DNA from: Sedimentisphaerales bacterium
Lineage (GTDB): Bacteria > Planctomycetota > Phycisphaerae > Sedimentisphaerales > Anaerobacaceae
DNA: 64,000 nucleotides
Assembly: GCA_963708075.1 (NCBI GenBank)
Contig: OY970194.1
Span: 3,968,001-4,032,000, forward strand
Direction: 5' to 3'
Below the pieces are notes generated by a model. The model saw only the letters and a program-made list of their open reading frames with translations. It searched no databases and was not told the origin of the DNA. Positions 29,204-39,342 of this stretch are shown in pieces. Position numbers and translations under genes: made by a program. The stretch's first letter is position 1, and every line of letters begins with the position of its first letter.

Positions 29204-31387
29204 GTGATGAGTCTGACAACGGCAAAGATCCTCCGCGGCGTGAGCTTTCTTGCTCTGCTGGTGCTCGGGGCATCGTGCTCAACGAGTCTCTCGCAGGGGA
29301 TGGACGAAAGAAGGCCTGCTCCCGGAAAGCAAATGGAATATCTGGGCCGCGGGGTGGCGGCCGTCAACCAGGGGGAGGGCAAGGTCTTCGTGAGCTGGCG
29401 ATTGCTTGGCACGGATCCCGATGGCATCGCCTTCAACGTTTATCGCGCGACGGGCAGCACCCAGCCGGTAAAACTCAACAGCACGCCCATCACCAAGGCA
29501 ACCTGCCACCAGGACAGCGGCGTCGATCTAACCAGGGACAACGCGTATTTCGTTCGCCCGGTCATTGACGGCGTCGAGGGCGAACTCAGCAGGCCCTTCC
29601 TGAACGAGGTCGCCGCCAATGCGCCCGTGCGGGATTATTTTGAGATCCCGCTGAAGCTGCCGGGGAGAACGCAGGCGGGCGACGGCTCGGTCGCCGACCT
29701 TGATGGCGACGGGGAATACGAGATCATCGTCAAAGGCATCCAACGCTCGATGGACACCGCCTCATCCGGGATCACCGGCAACACAGTCCTCCAGGCCTAC
29801 GAGTTCGATGGCGCGCTGCTGTGGACGATCCAGATGGGTAAGAACATCCGCGAGGGTGAGCACGACACCCAGTTCATGATCTACGACCTCGACGGCGACG
29901 GGCATGCCGAAGTCGCGGTCCGCACCGCCGACGGATCTGTTGACGGCACCGGCAAAGTCATCGGCGATTCGAACGCCGACTGGGTCGATCGGACTCAGGG
30001 CTCCCGCACGATGGGCAAGATCATGACCGGGCCGGAGTATTTCTCGATCTTTGATGGCAGGACCGGCGCTGAGCTGGCCCGCGCCAACTATATCCCCGGC
30101 CGCGAGCCGCTCGGAGGCTGGGGCGGCATTGGCGGCAATGGGGGCATGGAGACCACCACGACAGGCAACCGCATGAACCGGTTCCTCGCGTGCGTGGCCT
30201 GCCTGGACGGTGTCCGCCCCAGTGTCATCATGTGCCGCGGCTACTACGGCCGGTCCGTCCTGGCCGCCTGGGACTGGCGCGATGGGAAACTCACATCGCG
30301 CTGGGTCTTCGACAGCTTGAGCCACCCGAACAACGGTCAGCCCTACATTACTGAACGCGCCACCGTCGATCCGGCCGTCGGTCTGAACAAGATCACCGAC
30401 AATGCCGGCGCCTGGCAGGGAGCCCAGCCGGGTGAATGGATGATTTGGGACCGCGGTGGCGCCAAGGAGCGACGACAGGTCATTTCCATCCAGGACAACG
30501 TTCTCACCGTCGATGAGAACGTGACGCCCGGAGTCAGCAAAGGCGCTCATGTCTACGGCTATTCAGGCATGGGCGCACACTCGGTGATGGTCGCCGACGT
30601 CGATGACGACGGGAAAGACGAAATCGTCTATGGCTCGATGGTCGTGGATGACAACGGCAAAGGGCTGTTCACCACGGGCCTGCGCCACGGTGATGCGATG
30701 CACGTAGCCAAGACGGACCCGGACCGGCCCGGGCTTCAGGTTTACGGCCCGCACGAGAATGAAGGCAGCATCTGGGATCGGTGGACCCCGGGCGTGGCGC
30801 TGTACGATGCCCGCAACGGCAAGATTATCTGGGGCATGAGCGACGGCGGCGATGCCGAACGAGGAATCACCGGCGACATTGACCCCCGCTACCCCGGCGA
30901 GGAGCTTTGGGGTTCTCTCAGCGGCGTTCGCACCTGCAAGGGGGAACCGATCTCGCCCCAGAGTCCGAACATGACCAACTTCGTCATCTGGTGGGATGGC
31001 GATCTGCTCCGCGAGATGGTGAATGGCAACCGCATCGCCAAGTGGGATTGGCAGAATGGGGTGATGAACAACCTGCTGACCGCTGAGGGTGCTCAGGCCG
31101 CCGCGGGTACCAAGCAATCGCCGGTCGTCAGCGCCGACATCGTTGGCGACTGGCGTGAGGAAGTCGTACTCCGCAGCGGCAACCAGGCACTGCGCGTCTA
31201 CACCTCGACGATCCCGACCGATCACCGCATCTATACGTTGATGCACGACCCGCAGTACCGGGTGCAGGTCGCCGCGCAGAACGTGGTGTACAACCAGCCG
31301 CCACATCCCAGCTTCTACCTCGGCGAAGGCATGAAAGCGCCGCCGAAGCCGAACATCCGGGTGGTGGAGCCGAAGACAACACCGTGA
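29204..31387 (+). CDS. Rhamnogalacturonan lyase, PL11 (YesW/YesX-like)
   Basis: MEYLGRGV, FVSWRLL, DLDGDGEYE, GKNIREG, CRGYY, HGDAMH, DIVGDWREE, TLMHDPQYR, YNQPPHPSFY. Confidence 0.93.
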   Translation: MMSLTTAKILRGVSFLALLVLGASCSTSLSQGMDERRPAPGKQMEYLGRGVAAVNQGEGKVFVSWRLLGTDPDGIAFNVYRATGSTQPVKLNSTPITKATCHQDSGVDLTRDNAYFVRPVIDGVEGELSRPFLNEVAANAPVRDYFEIPLKLPGRTQAGDGSVADLDGDGEYEIIVKGIQRSMDTASSGITGNTVLQAYEFDGALLWTIQMGKNIREGEHDTQFMIYDLDGDGHAEVAVRTADGSVDGTGKVIGDSNADWVDRTQGSRTMGKIMTGPEYFSIFDGRTGAELARANYIPGREPLGGWGGIGGNGGMETTTTGNRMNRFLACVACLDGVRPSVIMCRGYYGRSVLAAWDWRDGKLTSRWVFDSLSHPNNGQPYITERATVDPAVGLNKITDNAGAWQGAQPGEWMIWDRGGAKERRQVISIQDNVLTVDENVTPGVSKGAHVYGYSGMGAHSVMVADVDDDGKDEIVYGSMVVDDNGKGLFTTGLRHGDAMHVAKTDPDRPGLQVYGPHENEGSIWDRWTPGVALYDARNGKIIWGMSDGGDAERGITGDIDPRYPGEELWGSLSGVRTCKGEPISPQSPNMTNFVIWWDGDLLREMVNGNRIAKWDWQNGVMNNLLTAEGAQAAAGTKQSPVVSADIVGDWREEVVLRSGNQALRVYTSTIPTDHRIYTLMHDPQYRVQVAAQNVVYNQPPHPSFYLGEGMKAPPKPNIRVVEPKTTP

Positions 31388-31497
31388 ATGAACGCTTCTG
31401 TGGACAACCAGATGAGCAGTCATAGACAGAATCAGGAAAGTCAATGTGTGCCTGTCAAGCGCAGATGCCACCTGAGAGTTCGTGACAATCTGGTGGG

Positions 31498-31692
31498 CGG
31501 TGCGCGTCAGAAGAGTCCAATTCAAGCGGTGTTCATTGCCGACAGTCCAATCTCAAGAACTTGGGACGAAGCCAACTCGTTTGACGGTGCTCATTCGATG
31601 GGCCCTGCCCACTCGAAAGCCCACGGGCCAACGAGTTTGCCCGTGCCACCCAGAACCTCGTGTTCGCTCTGCCACAATCTTGTCGTGCACCC
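31498..31692. mobile_element. Possible non-autonomous IS relic with ISKra4/ISLre2-like ends
   Basis: Right end GCCACAATCTTGTCGTGCACCC matches 20/22 the end beside the transposase fragment at 55501-55522; loose inverted partner GGTGCGCGTCAGA at 31499. Confidence 0.45.
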
Positions 31693-32020
31693 ACCTATGC
31701 CATTTGCACCAGATCCGTTTGACAAAGCCTCGCGCATCTGATATGCTTGAATCGGCATATGTGGAGTGACGGGCCGATGGTTGGACCGGGAACAACCCTC
31801 ACACGTGGCATGGGGATGCTGTCCCCGGCGGCGACAGGATACCAGCAACCACCGCAAGCATGGATCGCGACGGATGCCGAGCCTGCGCGCTGGGGTCTGC
31901 GCTCAAGACCTCGTGAGGGTCACGTTCCGGCGTTTGCCGGCGTTGGCCTACGCCACGATCTTGGTTTTTCGGCGTATTTTCACCGAAGGGGGTGCAGAAA
32001 AGCCAGAAGGAGGAGGAGTC

Positions 32021-34273
32021 ATGTCAGAAGATAGTAAAGTAGTCAGGATGCCAACAAGGGGGAAATGGAATCCCGGCCGCTTCCATTTCATCCATCAATG
32101 GGTCCGCGCGACGTTTCTCCTGGCCGCGGTGGCGGCGCCGCAGCTCGGACAGGCCGAACCGGTGCCGCTGCGTTTCAGCACCTTTGCCCCCGACACGAAC
32201 GTCACGAACATGAATAATGTGTTGGGTCCGGGATATACCGGCGGCCTGACCATGGACTTCCTGGCCGTGGCGACCTGCGAGGGGACGACGATCGATGCCC
32301 GCGTCACCGCCGTCGTGCAGCCGGATACGGCATTTGCGACCGGCGCCACGAACAGGACCGCGTGCGGCTATATTCCGAACTACAAAGCGACGACTGCGGG
32401 CCAGCCGAACGGCGATCTCGGTTTCCTCTATGCGGCGGCGGATGGAAATACCCCGGGGATCACCCTGACCATCTCCTTCTTCGATGGCACAGGGGACCGC
32501 AGCGGCAAGTTCAGCGAAGCCTATGACGTCCCGGACCTCCGACTGCTCGTCTACGATGTCGACGGCGAACCGGTGCAGATGGAGTGGTTCGACGCTTCCT
32601 ATGCCGACGGGTTGTACTCCTACGCGACCGGTACCGCGGCCACCAGTGTGACGGCCACGCCGACCGACACGGGCGTGCACTTCTTCGGCCCGGGGAAAGA
32701 CTGCGACGAAACCGATACGTCCGGAGCTGTGGTGCTGCGGTACCGCAACACCAGCCGCATTACACTGGCGTTCGGCGCCGAGCAGTACGAGGATGGCATG
32801 AACCCGGTGTTCTCCGCCATCGACGGAGATTTGAGCTTGCCGGTGACGGGCGACTTCCAGGCCCCGACGGTGGCCCCCGCGCCCCGTGCCGTTGCGTCGT
32901 CCGCCCCGCGCGCCTATTCAGCGGACAATGCAATCCGCCTGGACAGGCTGGCGCCGGCTGAGGTCCCGCTCAACGTGCCGTTTGACTACACGCTCAAAGT
33001 CACGAACACGGCCGACACTCCCCTGCAGGACGTGGTCGTATTGGAGCGTCTCCCGAAGAATTTCAGCCTGCGGAGTTCCGACCCGGAAACCGAGAAGGCC
33101 GACGGAAACCTCCGCTGGACGGTCGGTTCGCTCGACCCGAAGGCAAGTCGTGAGCTCAAAGTGTCGGGCGTCGCCACGGCGGCGGACAACATCAAACCTT
33201 GTGCCACGGTGACCTTCGTGGTCCCCCCCGTCTGTGCCGACATCACGGTCGTCGAGCCGAAGCTGACGCTCACGACAGTGGCCTCCAAAGAGGTTCTGGT
33301 CTCTGATCCGATCGAACTGCAATTCGTCGTCACGAACCAGGGAACCGGCGCCGCGGAGGGCGTCCAGATCGTGGATACGCTGGCCGCCGGCTTGCGGACC
33401 ATGGAGGGCACGACCGAGTTGGTGCTCAACGTCGGTACCTTGGCGCCGGGGCAATCTCGCCAGTTAGGCGGCTCTTGCAGGGCCGTCAGGACCGGGGAGT
33501 ACGTCACCAAGGTGGTCGCCAGCGCCAATGGCGGCTTAAAGGTCGAGGCAACCACCACGACCATTGTGCGCCAGCCGGTACTGGCGATTACCAAGACCGG
33601 GCCCGCCAGACAATACATCGGTCGGCCGACCACCTATGAGATCACGGTTACGAACACGGGCGATGCTCCTGCGGCCAATACCACTCTGGAGGACACGATC
33701 CCACAAGCAGCGCAGGGAGTCCAAACGTCTCCGGCCGGTGCGGTCTCCGGCTCCAAGGCGGTGTGGCAGTTGGGTACGCTGGCCGTCAATGCATCCAAGA
33801 AGGTCAGCATCACCTATGCCCCGACCGGGGCAGGGTCTCTGGCCCAGGCCGCCACAGCCACCGCGGTTTGCGCGGATACAGTGACCGCTACGGCCGAGAC
33901 CACTGTGTATGGGATTGCCGCTGTGCTGCTGGAGGTGATCGATACGGACGACCCGGTTCAGGTCGGCGGGCAAACCACGTACGTAATCACCGCGACCAAC
34001 CAGGGCTCCAGCCCGAGCACCAATGTGCAAATCACCGTGGCCGTTGAGGATGCCCAGGAGATCGTGGCAGCGAGTGGCCCGACCTCTGTCACAGTAGAAG
34101 GCAATACCGCCAGATCCGCGCCGCTGGCCATCCTTGCGCCAAAAGCCAAGGCAACATGGCAGGTTACCGTCAAGGCCCTCAAAGCAGGTGATGTGCGTTT
34201 CAGGGCCACGATGACCACGGCGGAACTGGGGCGCAACGTGGAAGAGACGGAGGCAACCCAACTCTACGAATAA
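32021..34273 (+). CDS. DUF11-repeat (OmcB-like) secreted protein with an extra N-terminal domain
   Basis: GGAGGAG RBS; repeated YTLKVTNT / FVVTNQGTG / YEITVTNTGD / YVITATNQG units; LLEVIDTDDP..EETEAT C-terminus. Confidence 0.8.
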   Translation: MSEDSKVVRMPTRGKWNPGRFHFIHQWVRATFLLAAVAAPQLGQAEPVPLRFSTFAPDTNVTNMNNVLGPGYTGGLTMDFLAVATCEGTTIDARVTAVVQPDTAFATGATNRTACGYIPNYKATTAGQPNGDLGFLYAAADGNTPGITLTISFFDGTGDRSGKFSEAYDVPDLRLLVYDVDGEPVQMEWFDASYADGLYSYATGTAATSVTATPTDTGVHFFGPGKDCDETDTSGAVVLRYRNTSRITLAFGAEQYEDGMNPVFSAIDGDLSLPVTGDFQAPTVAPAPRAVASSAPRAYSADNAIRLDRLAPAEVPLNVPFDYTLKVTNTADTPLQDVVVLERLPKNFSLRSSDPETEKADGNLRWTVGSLDPKASRELKVSGVATAADNIKPCATVTFVVPPVCADITVVEPKLTLTTVASKEVLVSDPIELQFVVTNQGTGAAEGVQIVDTLAAGLRTMEGTTELVLNVGTLAPGQSRQLGGSCRAVRTGEYVTKVVASANGGLKVEATTTTIVRQPVLAITKTGPARQYIGRPTTYEITVTNTGDAPAANTTLEDTIPQAAQGVQTSPAGAVSGSKAVWQLGTLAVNASKKVSITYAPTGAGSLAQAATATAVCADTVTATAETTVYGIAAVLLEVIDTDDPVQVGGQTTYVITATNQGSSPSTNVQITVAVEDAQEIVAASGPTSVTVEGNTARSAPLAILAPKAKATWQVTVKALKAGDVRFRATMTTAELGRNVEETEATQLYE

Positions 34274-34406
34274 GCTCGTGAAGGACCTGGACGCCGGGAC
34301 CGAGAACCGTAGACTCGTTCATCGCATCCATCAGGCGGCCCTCCAGTAGGACGTCAAGAGCCCGCTGAGTCGTTCTCTGATTCGTCTGTTTGCTTGTTGT
34401 GCGGCT

Positions 34407-35201
34407 TTACTTCTTCGTCGCAGCGGTCAGCATACCTTTCATGGCGGCAACCTTGACGTGCGTGGGCTGGTCATTGCCCTGGAGCTCTTTGTACAAAGCT
34501 GTTGCCTCGGATTTCTCACCGTCGGCCAGCAACTGCTCGGCACAGATCAGGCGGGCGTCGGCTACCGGCATCTTCATGTTGGCAGGTGCTTTCTTCGCGA
34601 ACTTGCTCAGTTCCCTGGCCGCAGCCGGCGTGCCGATCAGGCCCAGCGATTGGGCCGCGGCCTGGGCGACTTGGATGTCGGAGTCGCCGAGAAGCTTCGA
34701 GATGGCCTCGACGCTCTTCTTGTCGCGGCGTTTGCCCAGCGAACCGATAATGCCCGGCTTGAGCTTGCTGCCGACCTTTGGCAGCGCGCCCCGCATCGCC
34801 TCGGCCGCCTTCTCGTCCGGAATGCGCTCCAGGGCGTAGCGTGCGATATGCGAGGTCCCCTCGGCCGGCAGAAGGGCGGCCAGGGCCTCGACGGACTGGC
34901 TCGTGCCCACGACTCTCAGCTTGCGGCACACATAGTCCTGTGCGGATCGGGAGATGCCGCCGGCAAGTGCGTCCACGAGGCGCTTTTCCAGCGCCCTGCG
35001 TGCAGCGGCATCGCTGTGCGAAGCGATGATCGCCTGATCGATCGGCTTCAAGGTCTCGCGGTCTGCGCCCCAGTCATAAGTCTTAAGCGTATTGAATGCG
35101 TTGTCTACTGCGGCGGAATCCGTCTGGGCAACGGCCTTGGCAGCGGCCATGGTAGTCGCTCCAGCCGCCAGTGTCATTCTTGCAGTTTGCTCACTCGTCA
35201 T
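34407..35201 (-). CDS. HEAT-repeat protein
   Basis: YDWG, ARYALERIP, GIIGSLG, AAAQSLGLIG helical repeats; AAGGAG RBS. Confidence 0.85.
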   Translation of the reverse strand: MTSEQTARMTLAAGATTMAAAKAVAQTDSAAVDNAFNTLKTYDWGADRETLKPIDQAIIASHSDAAARRALEKRLVDALAGGISRSAQDYVCRKLRVVGTSQSVEALAALLPAEGTSHIARYALERIPDEKAAEAMRGALPKVGSKLKPGIIGSLGKRRDKKSVEAISKLLGDSDIQVAQAAAQSLGLIGTPAAARELSKFAKKAPANMKMPVADARLICAEQLLADGEKSEATALYKELQGNDQPTHVKVAAMKGMLTAATKK

Positions 35202-35236
35202 AATCAAGTCTCCTTGGCGCAACTATCGCGTTCTTA

Positions 35237-36341
35237 TTGATCTTTGAATAGTTAAAGTAAATCGCCGTGACGGATCGATATCTTCATGCATGAGAACCCC
35301 AGGAAAACCCGAAGAGCTCGAATGTCACCGGCTTCAGGCCTTCGCGTTGCTCGAAGCCGGTCACGGTCCCAGCGAAGTGGCCCGGAGACTCGGCGTCTCG
35401 CCGGCGGCTGTATCCCGGTGGAAGAAGATTTCTCAGCAGGCGGGACGGGACGGCTTGAAGGCCAAGCCGCATCCCGGCCGCCGGCCCAAGTTGACGGTCC
35501 GGCAACGCCAGAAGCTGGAACGGTTGCTGTTAAAAGGTCCTCTCGCCCACGGATATATGACCGACCTGTGGACGCTGAAGCGGATCGCCGAAGTGATCGA
35601 GAGGCGTTTCGGCGTCCGCTACGACCCTTCCGGGGTCTGGCACGTGCTGCGTGGCATCGGCTGGAGTTGCCAGAAACCCGAAGGCCGGGCGCGCGAACGC
35701 GACGAAGAGGCCATTGCCCGTTGGCGTCAACAAGACTGGCCGCGTATAAAAAAAAGCTCGGCATAGCGGTCGAAACATCGTTTTTCTCGATGAAACCGGC
35801 TTTATGCTCCAGCCGGTGGTCCGCCGGACCTGGGGTCCCCATGGGGATACGCCGCTCCTGTACCGTTGGGAGCGTCACGACCGCCTCTCCGGAATGTCGG
35901 TGGTCACGGTCTCGCCGCAGCGTCGGCATCTGGACCTGTACTTCGCGCTCCAAGAGCACAACATCCGTACTCCCGACATTGAGACCCTCGTGGCGGAACT
36001 TCTTGAACATTTTCCCCACGGGATCATCCTGGTCCTGGATCGTTGGCCCGTTCATCTGTCCGCCGTGGAGCAACTCCGGCGTCGGTTCCCTCGTCGAGTA
36101 CAAATCGAATGGCTGCCGTCCTACGCCCCGCAACTCAATCCTGATGAACAGGTCTGGACGCGGACGAAGTACATGGACTTGGCCAACTTCTGCCCGGAGA
36201 ATCTCACTGACCTCACGCAGGCGGTGCGACATTCGCTGGAGCAGACAAAAACTCACCAGTCTCTCTTGCGTTCGTTCTTCAAGCATGCTGGGCTTAGACT
36301 GTGACATCGTGTCACTTTTACTTTAACTATTCAAAGATCAA
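35237..36341 (+). mobile_element. Complete IS630-family insertion sequence (1105 bp) with duplicated TA target
   Basis: Perfect 25-bp terminal IR TTGATCTTTGAATAGTTAAAGTAAA (35237-35261 and 36317-36341), TA on both sides. Confidence 0.95.
35290..36304 (+). CDS. IS630 transposase in two frames joined at an A8 run (35748-35755)
   Basis: HTH ORF ending WPRIKK; the +1 frame continues ARHSGRNIVFLDETGF..VLDRW..PSYAPQLNPDE (DDE). Confidence 0.92.
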
Positions 36342-37585
36342 TAGATCACCCAGGGCTCTCTTCTTGCAACATCGACAAGGCGGTTGGCTTCGTCGTCGTT
36401 AATGAACTGCTGTTTCACCGTGTCCCATTTCAGCGACCGTTCCAGTTCATAGGCAATAAGGAACAGGTGGCACACGGTTGCGGTGTGGACCGCGTATTCG
36501 ATGTCACGGAAAGGCCTTTTGCGTGTCTTGACGCAGTCGATGAAGTCACCGTAGATGCCGCCGCTTCCGGCGTAACCCGGAACCGGCTTCGAGGGGCCCT
36601 GTTCATTCGTGCCCTCCACGTCAAGATTGCCTCGGCCCGGATGATTGTGGTGAAGAAGCTTGCCGTTCGGATAGCGGCAGGTCGCAAACTTCTTGCCATC
36701 TTCGTTATGGAAGATGACTTCCTCGGGTTCCAGCTCCCGGACATCGATAGCGAACGTCGCGCCGCCGAAATGATGGGCGCCCCAGTCGGTCATGCCGCCG
36801 CCGGAGTAATCCTTGAACGACCGCCAGCTTGTCCCGTCGATGTTGTAGCTGCCGCTGCACCGATGGGGATGGTACGGCGCCCATGGGGCGGGACCCAGCC
36901 ACATGTCCCAGTCGAAGCCGTCGGGGACCGGCTCCCCTTTCTTGTTGCAGTCCGTCGGCAACGGACCCACGTTCACGTTGATCGACTTGACGATGCCTTT
37001 GCTTCCATTCCAGCAGGCGTCGACGATGCCCCGGTAATCTTCCAGCACGCGCTGGCTGCCGCCGGATACTACCCGACTGTAACGCCGGGCTGCGTTGATC
37101 ATCAGCTTGCCTTCGCGGAGCGTCTTGGTCTCGGGCTTCTGGCAGTAGATGTCCTTTCCGTTGCGGCAGGCCTCGATCACGACGATCGCGTGCCAGTGAT
37201 CCGGTGTGGCGCAATGCACGGCGTCGATATCATTGCGTGCCAGAACCTCGCGGAAGTCGCTATACGCTTTGCAGTCCTTGTTGCCGTACTTCTCATTCAC
37301 ATGGTTCATTCTGCCATCGCGAACATCCCTCTTTACGTCGCACACGGCAACGTACTGGACATCGCCCCGACCCAGGAATGAGTCCAGATCGCCCCCGCCC
37401 ATGTTCCCGAGGCCAACGCCGGCCATCACGATCCGGTTGCTTGGCGCGGTGTTGCCGTCGTTGCCCATCGCGGACGCCGGGATCAAGTACGGCAGTGCCA
37501 CCGTTGCCGCGGTTGCTTTCAGAAATGCTCTTCGACCATAAGACGTGCCCTGGTCCTTCGCTGGTTTGCTCTTCTGGTTTGTCAC
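36338..37585 (-). CDS. Tat-exported Gfo/Idh/MocA oxidoreductase
   Basis: GRRAFLK, GLGNMG, ATPDHWH, YCQKP, WDMWLGPAP, DWGAH. Confidence 0.92.
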   Translation of the reverse strand: MTNQKSKPAKDQGTSYGRRAFLKATAATVALPYLIPASAMGNDGNTAPSNRIVMAGVGLGNMGGGDLDSFLGRGDVQYVAVCDVKRDVRDGRMNHVNEKYGNKDCKAYSDFREVLARNDIDAVHCATPDHWHAIVVIEACRNGKDIYCQKPETKTLREGKLMINAARRYSRVVSGGSQRVLEDYRGIVDACWNGSKGIVKSINVNVGPLPTDCNKKGEPVPDGFDWDMWLGPAPWAPYHPHRCSGSYNIDGTSWRSFKDYSGGGMTDWGAHHFGGATFAIDVRELEPEEVIFHNEDGKKFATCRYPNGKLLHHNHPGRGNLDVEGTNEQGPSKPVPGYAGSGGIYGDFIDCVKTRKRPFRDIEYAVHTATVCHLFLIAYELERSLKWDTVKQQFINDDEANRLVDVARREPWVIY

Positions 37586-37838
37586 GTGTTGATCCTTTCC
37601 TGGGGTCAGTGTGGATAATTGCTTTGAGTCATACCGATTCTGAATCTCACGTGCCTGATCCGACATTCCCATCTATACAGTCACAAAACACAACGGTCTC
37701 CATACGCCGCCAACAATCCTACGAGATACACCGCGGACTATCAAGAAATATGACGTTCAAAACGACTCGTTGAGAACTCGTAGAAGATAGCAGTTTTTCC
37801 CCTTGATCTGTATGTCACCCAGGGGTATAAGCATTCCT

Positions 37839-39164
37839 ATGGAAAACTCAAAATCTCTATCAGCTATCGGTTCGTCACGACGACAATTCCTCAAGACCTC
37901 CAGCGCCGCCGCCATTGGCAGTGCTCTCGCAAGCCCCTTGGCCTTCACTCAGAAAGCCTCCGCGGCACGCTCTCCGGGCGAGACCCTCAAAGTCGGGCTC
38001 GTCGGCTGCGGGGGACGCGGTTCCGGCGCTGCCGCGCAAGCCCTGTCAACCGGTGAAGGCGTGGTCCTGACCGCCATGGCCGACGTCTTTGCGGATCAGG
38101 TGCAGAGTAGTCGCAAGAGCCTCGCGGGCAACGAGCAATTCGGGCAACGTGTCAAGGTCCCCGACAGTGCATGCTTCGTGGGCCTGGACGGTTACCAGAA
38201 AGTGATCGATAGTGGCGTGGATGTAGTTCTCCTGGCCACACCCCCGGGCTTCCGGCCGCAGCATCTGCGAGCCGCCGTCGAGGCCGGCAAACATATCTTC
38301 TGCGAGAAACCCGTGGCCACCGACGCCCCGGGCGTGCGTTCCGTCCTCGAGTCCGCCGCCAAGGCCAAGGAGAAGAACCTGGCTCTGGTGTCCGGCTACT
38401 GTTGGCGGTATCACCCGGCGCGTCGCGCCTTTTACCAGCGGATCCACCAGGGCGCCATCGGCTCCATCCGTGCCGTCTATGCCACGTATCTGACCGGACC
38501 GGTGAAGCCCATGCCCCCGGCCGGCAGTCGCCCCGCCGGTATGAGTGACGTGGAATGGCAACTCCGCAACTGGTACAACTTCGCCTGGTTGTCCGGGGAT
38601 GGACTGGTGGAACAAGCCTGTCACAGCATCGACAAGATCGCCTGGGCGATGAATGGGGTCCTGCCTCTCAAGGCGGTGGCGACCGGCGGTCGCCAATTCC
38701 CCAATCACGAGGGCAATATCTTCGACCACATCGATGTCTTCTACGAATTCCCGGACGGCGTTCGCGCGTTCATGGCCCAACGCCAGATCAGCAATTGCTA
38801 CAGTGACAACTCGGACTACCTCATGGGCAGCGAGGGTGTGGGCACCATCAAGGGCTGGAACGATCCCGTCATCGCCAGCAAAGAGTCCTGGCGCTACAAC
38901 GGTCCCAAAGCCGACATGTACCAGGTCGAGCACGACGAATTATTCGCCTCCATCCGCAAGGGCCAACCCATCAATGACGGCGTCTGGATGGCTCACAGCA
39001 CACTCATGGCCCTCATGGGACGCATGGCCGCCTACACCGGCAAAGAGGTCTCCTGGACCGAAGCCCTGAATTCCGAGGAGAAACTCGTGCCCGACAACCT
39101 GACCTGGGACATGAAGTTGCCCATCAAGCCCATGGCCATGCCGGGACAAACAAAGTTTGTCTGA
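37839..39164 (+). CDS. Tat-exported Gfo/Idh/MocA oxidoreductase (divergent from the previous gene)
   Basis: SRRQFLK, GCGGRGSGA, ATPPGFRP, FCEKP, WQLRNW, EQACH. Confidence 0.93.
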   Translation: MENSKSLSAIGSSRRQFLKTSSAAAIGSALASPLAFTQKASAARSPGETLKVGLVGCGGRGSGAAAQALSTGEGVVLTAMADVFADQVQSSRKSLAGNEQFGQRVKVPDSACFVGLDGYQKVIDSGVDVVLLATPPGFRPQHLRAAVEAGKHIFCEKPVATDAPGVRSVLESAAKAKEKNLALVSGYCWRYHPARRAFYQRIHQGAIGSIRAVYATYLTGPVKPMPPAGSRPAGMSDVEWQLRNWYNFAWLSGDGLVEQACHSIDKIAWAMNGVLPLKAVATGGRQFPNHEGNIFDHIDVFYEFPDGVRAFMAQRQISNCYSDNSDYLMGSEGVGTIKGWNDPVIASKESWRYNGPKADMYQVEHDELFASIRKGQPINDGVWMAHSTLMALMGRMAAYTGKEVSWTEALNSEEKLVPDNLTWDMKLPIKPMAMPGQTKFV

Positions 39165-39220
39165 TGATTCTGCGGTCCGGTCCTTCTCAGCGTCTCCGCG
39201 TCTCTGCGTGAGAACCGTCT

Positions 39221-39315
39221 TATTGGTCATTGAGCTGATAAAGAAAATGGCTCACATCACAGGTCGGAGCATTGAGTCTGGCCGCTCACGGCCATTTGCT
39301 TTAACTATTCAAAGA
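39221..39315. mobile_element. ~95-bp relic with IS630-like ends (MITE-like)
   Basis: 39286-39315 reverse complement matches 28/30 the IS left end 35241-35270; 39221-39251 is a degenerate TA-starting copy of the same IR. Confidence 0.7.
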
Positions 39316-39342
39316 GCGACGGGACAACCGCCCTGCCACCCA

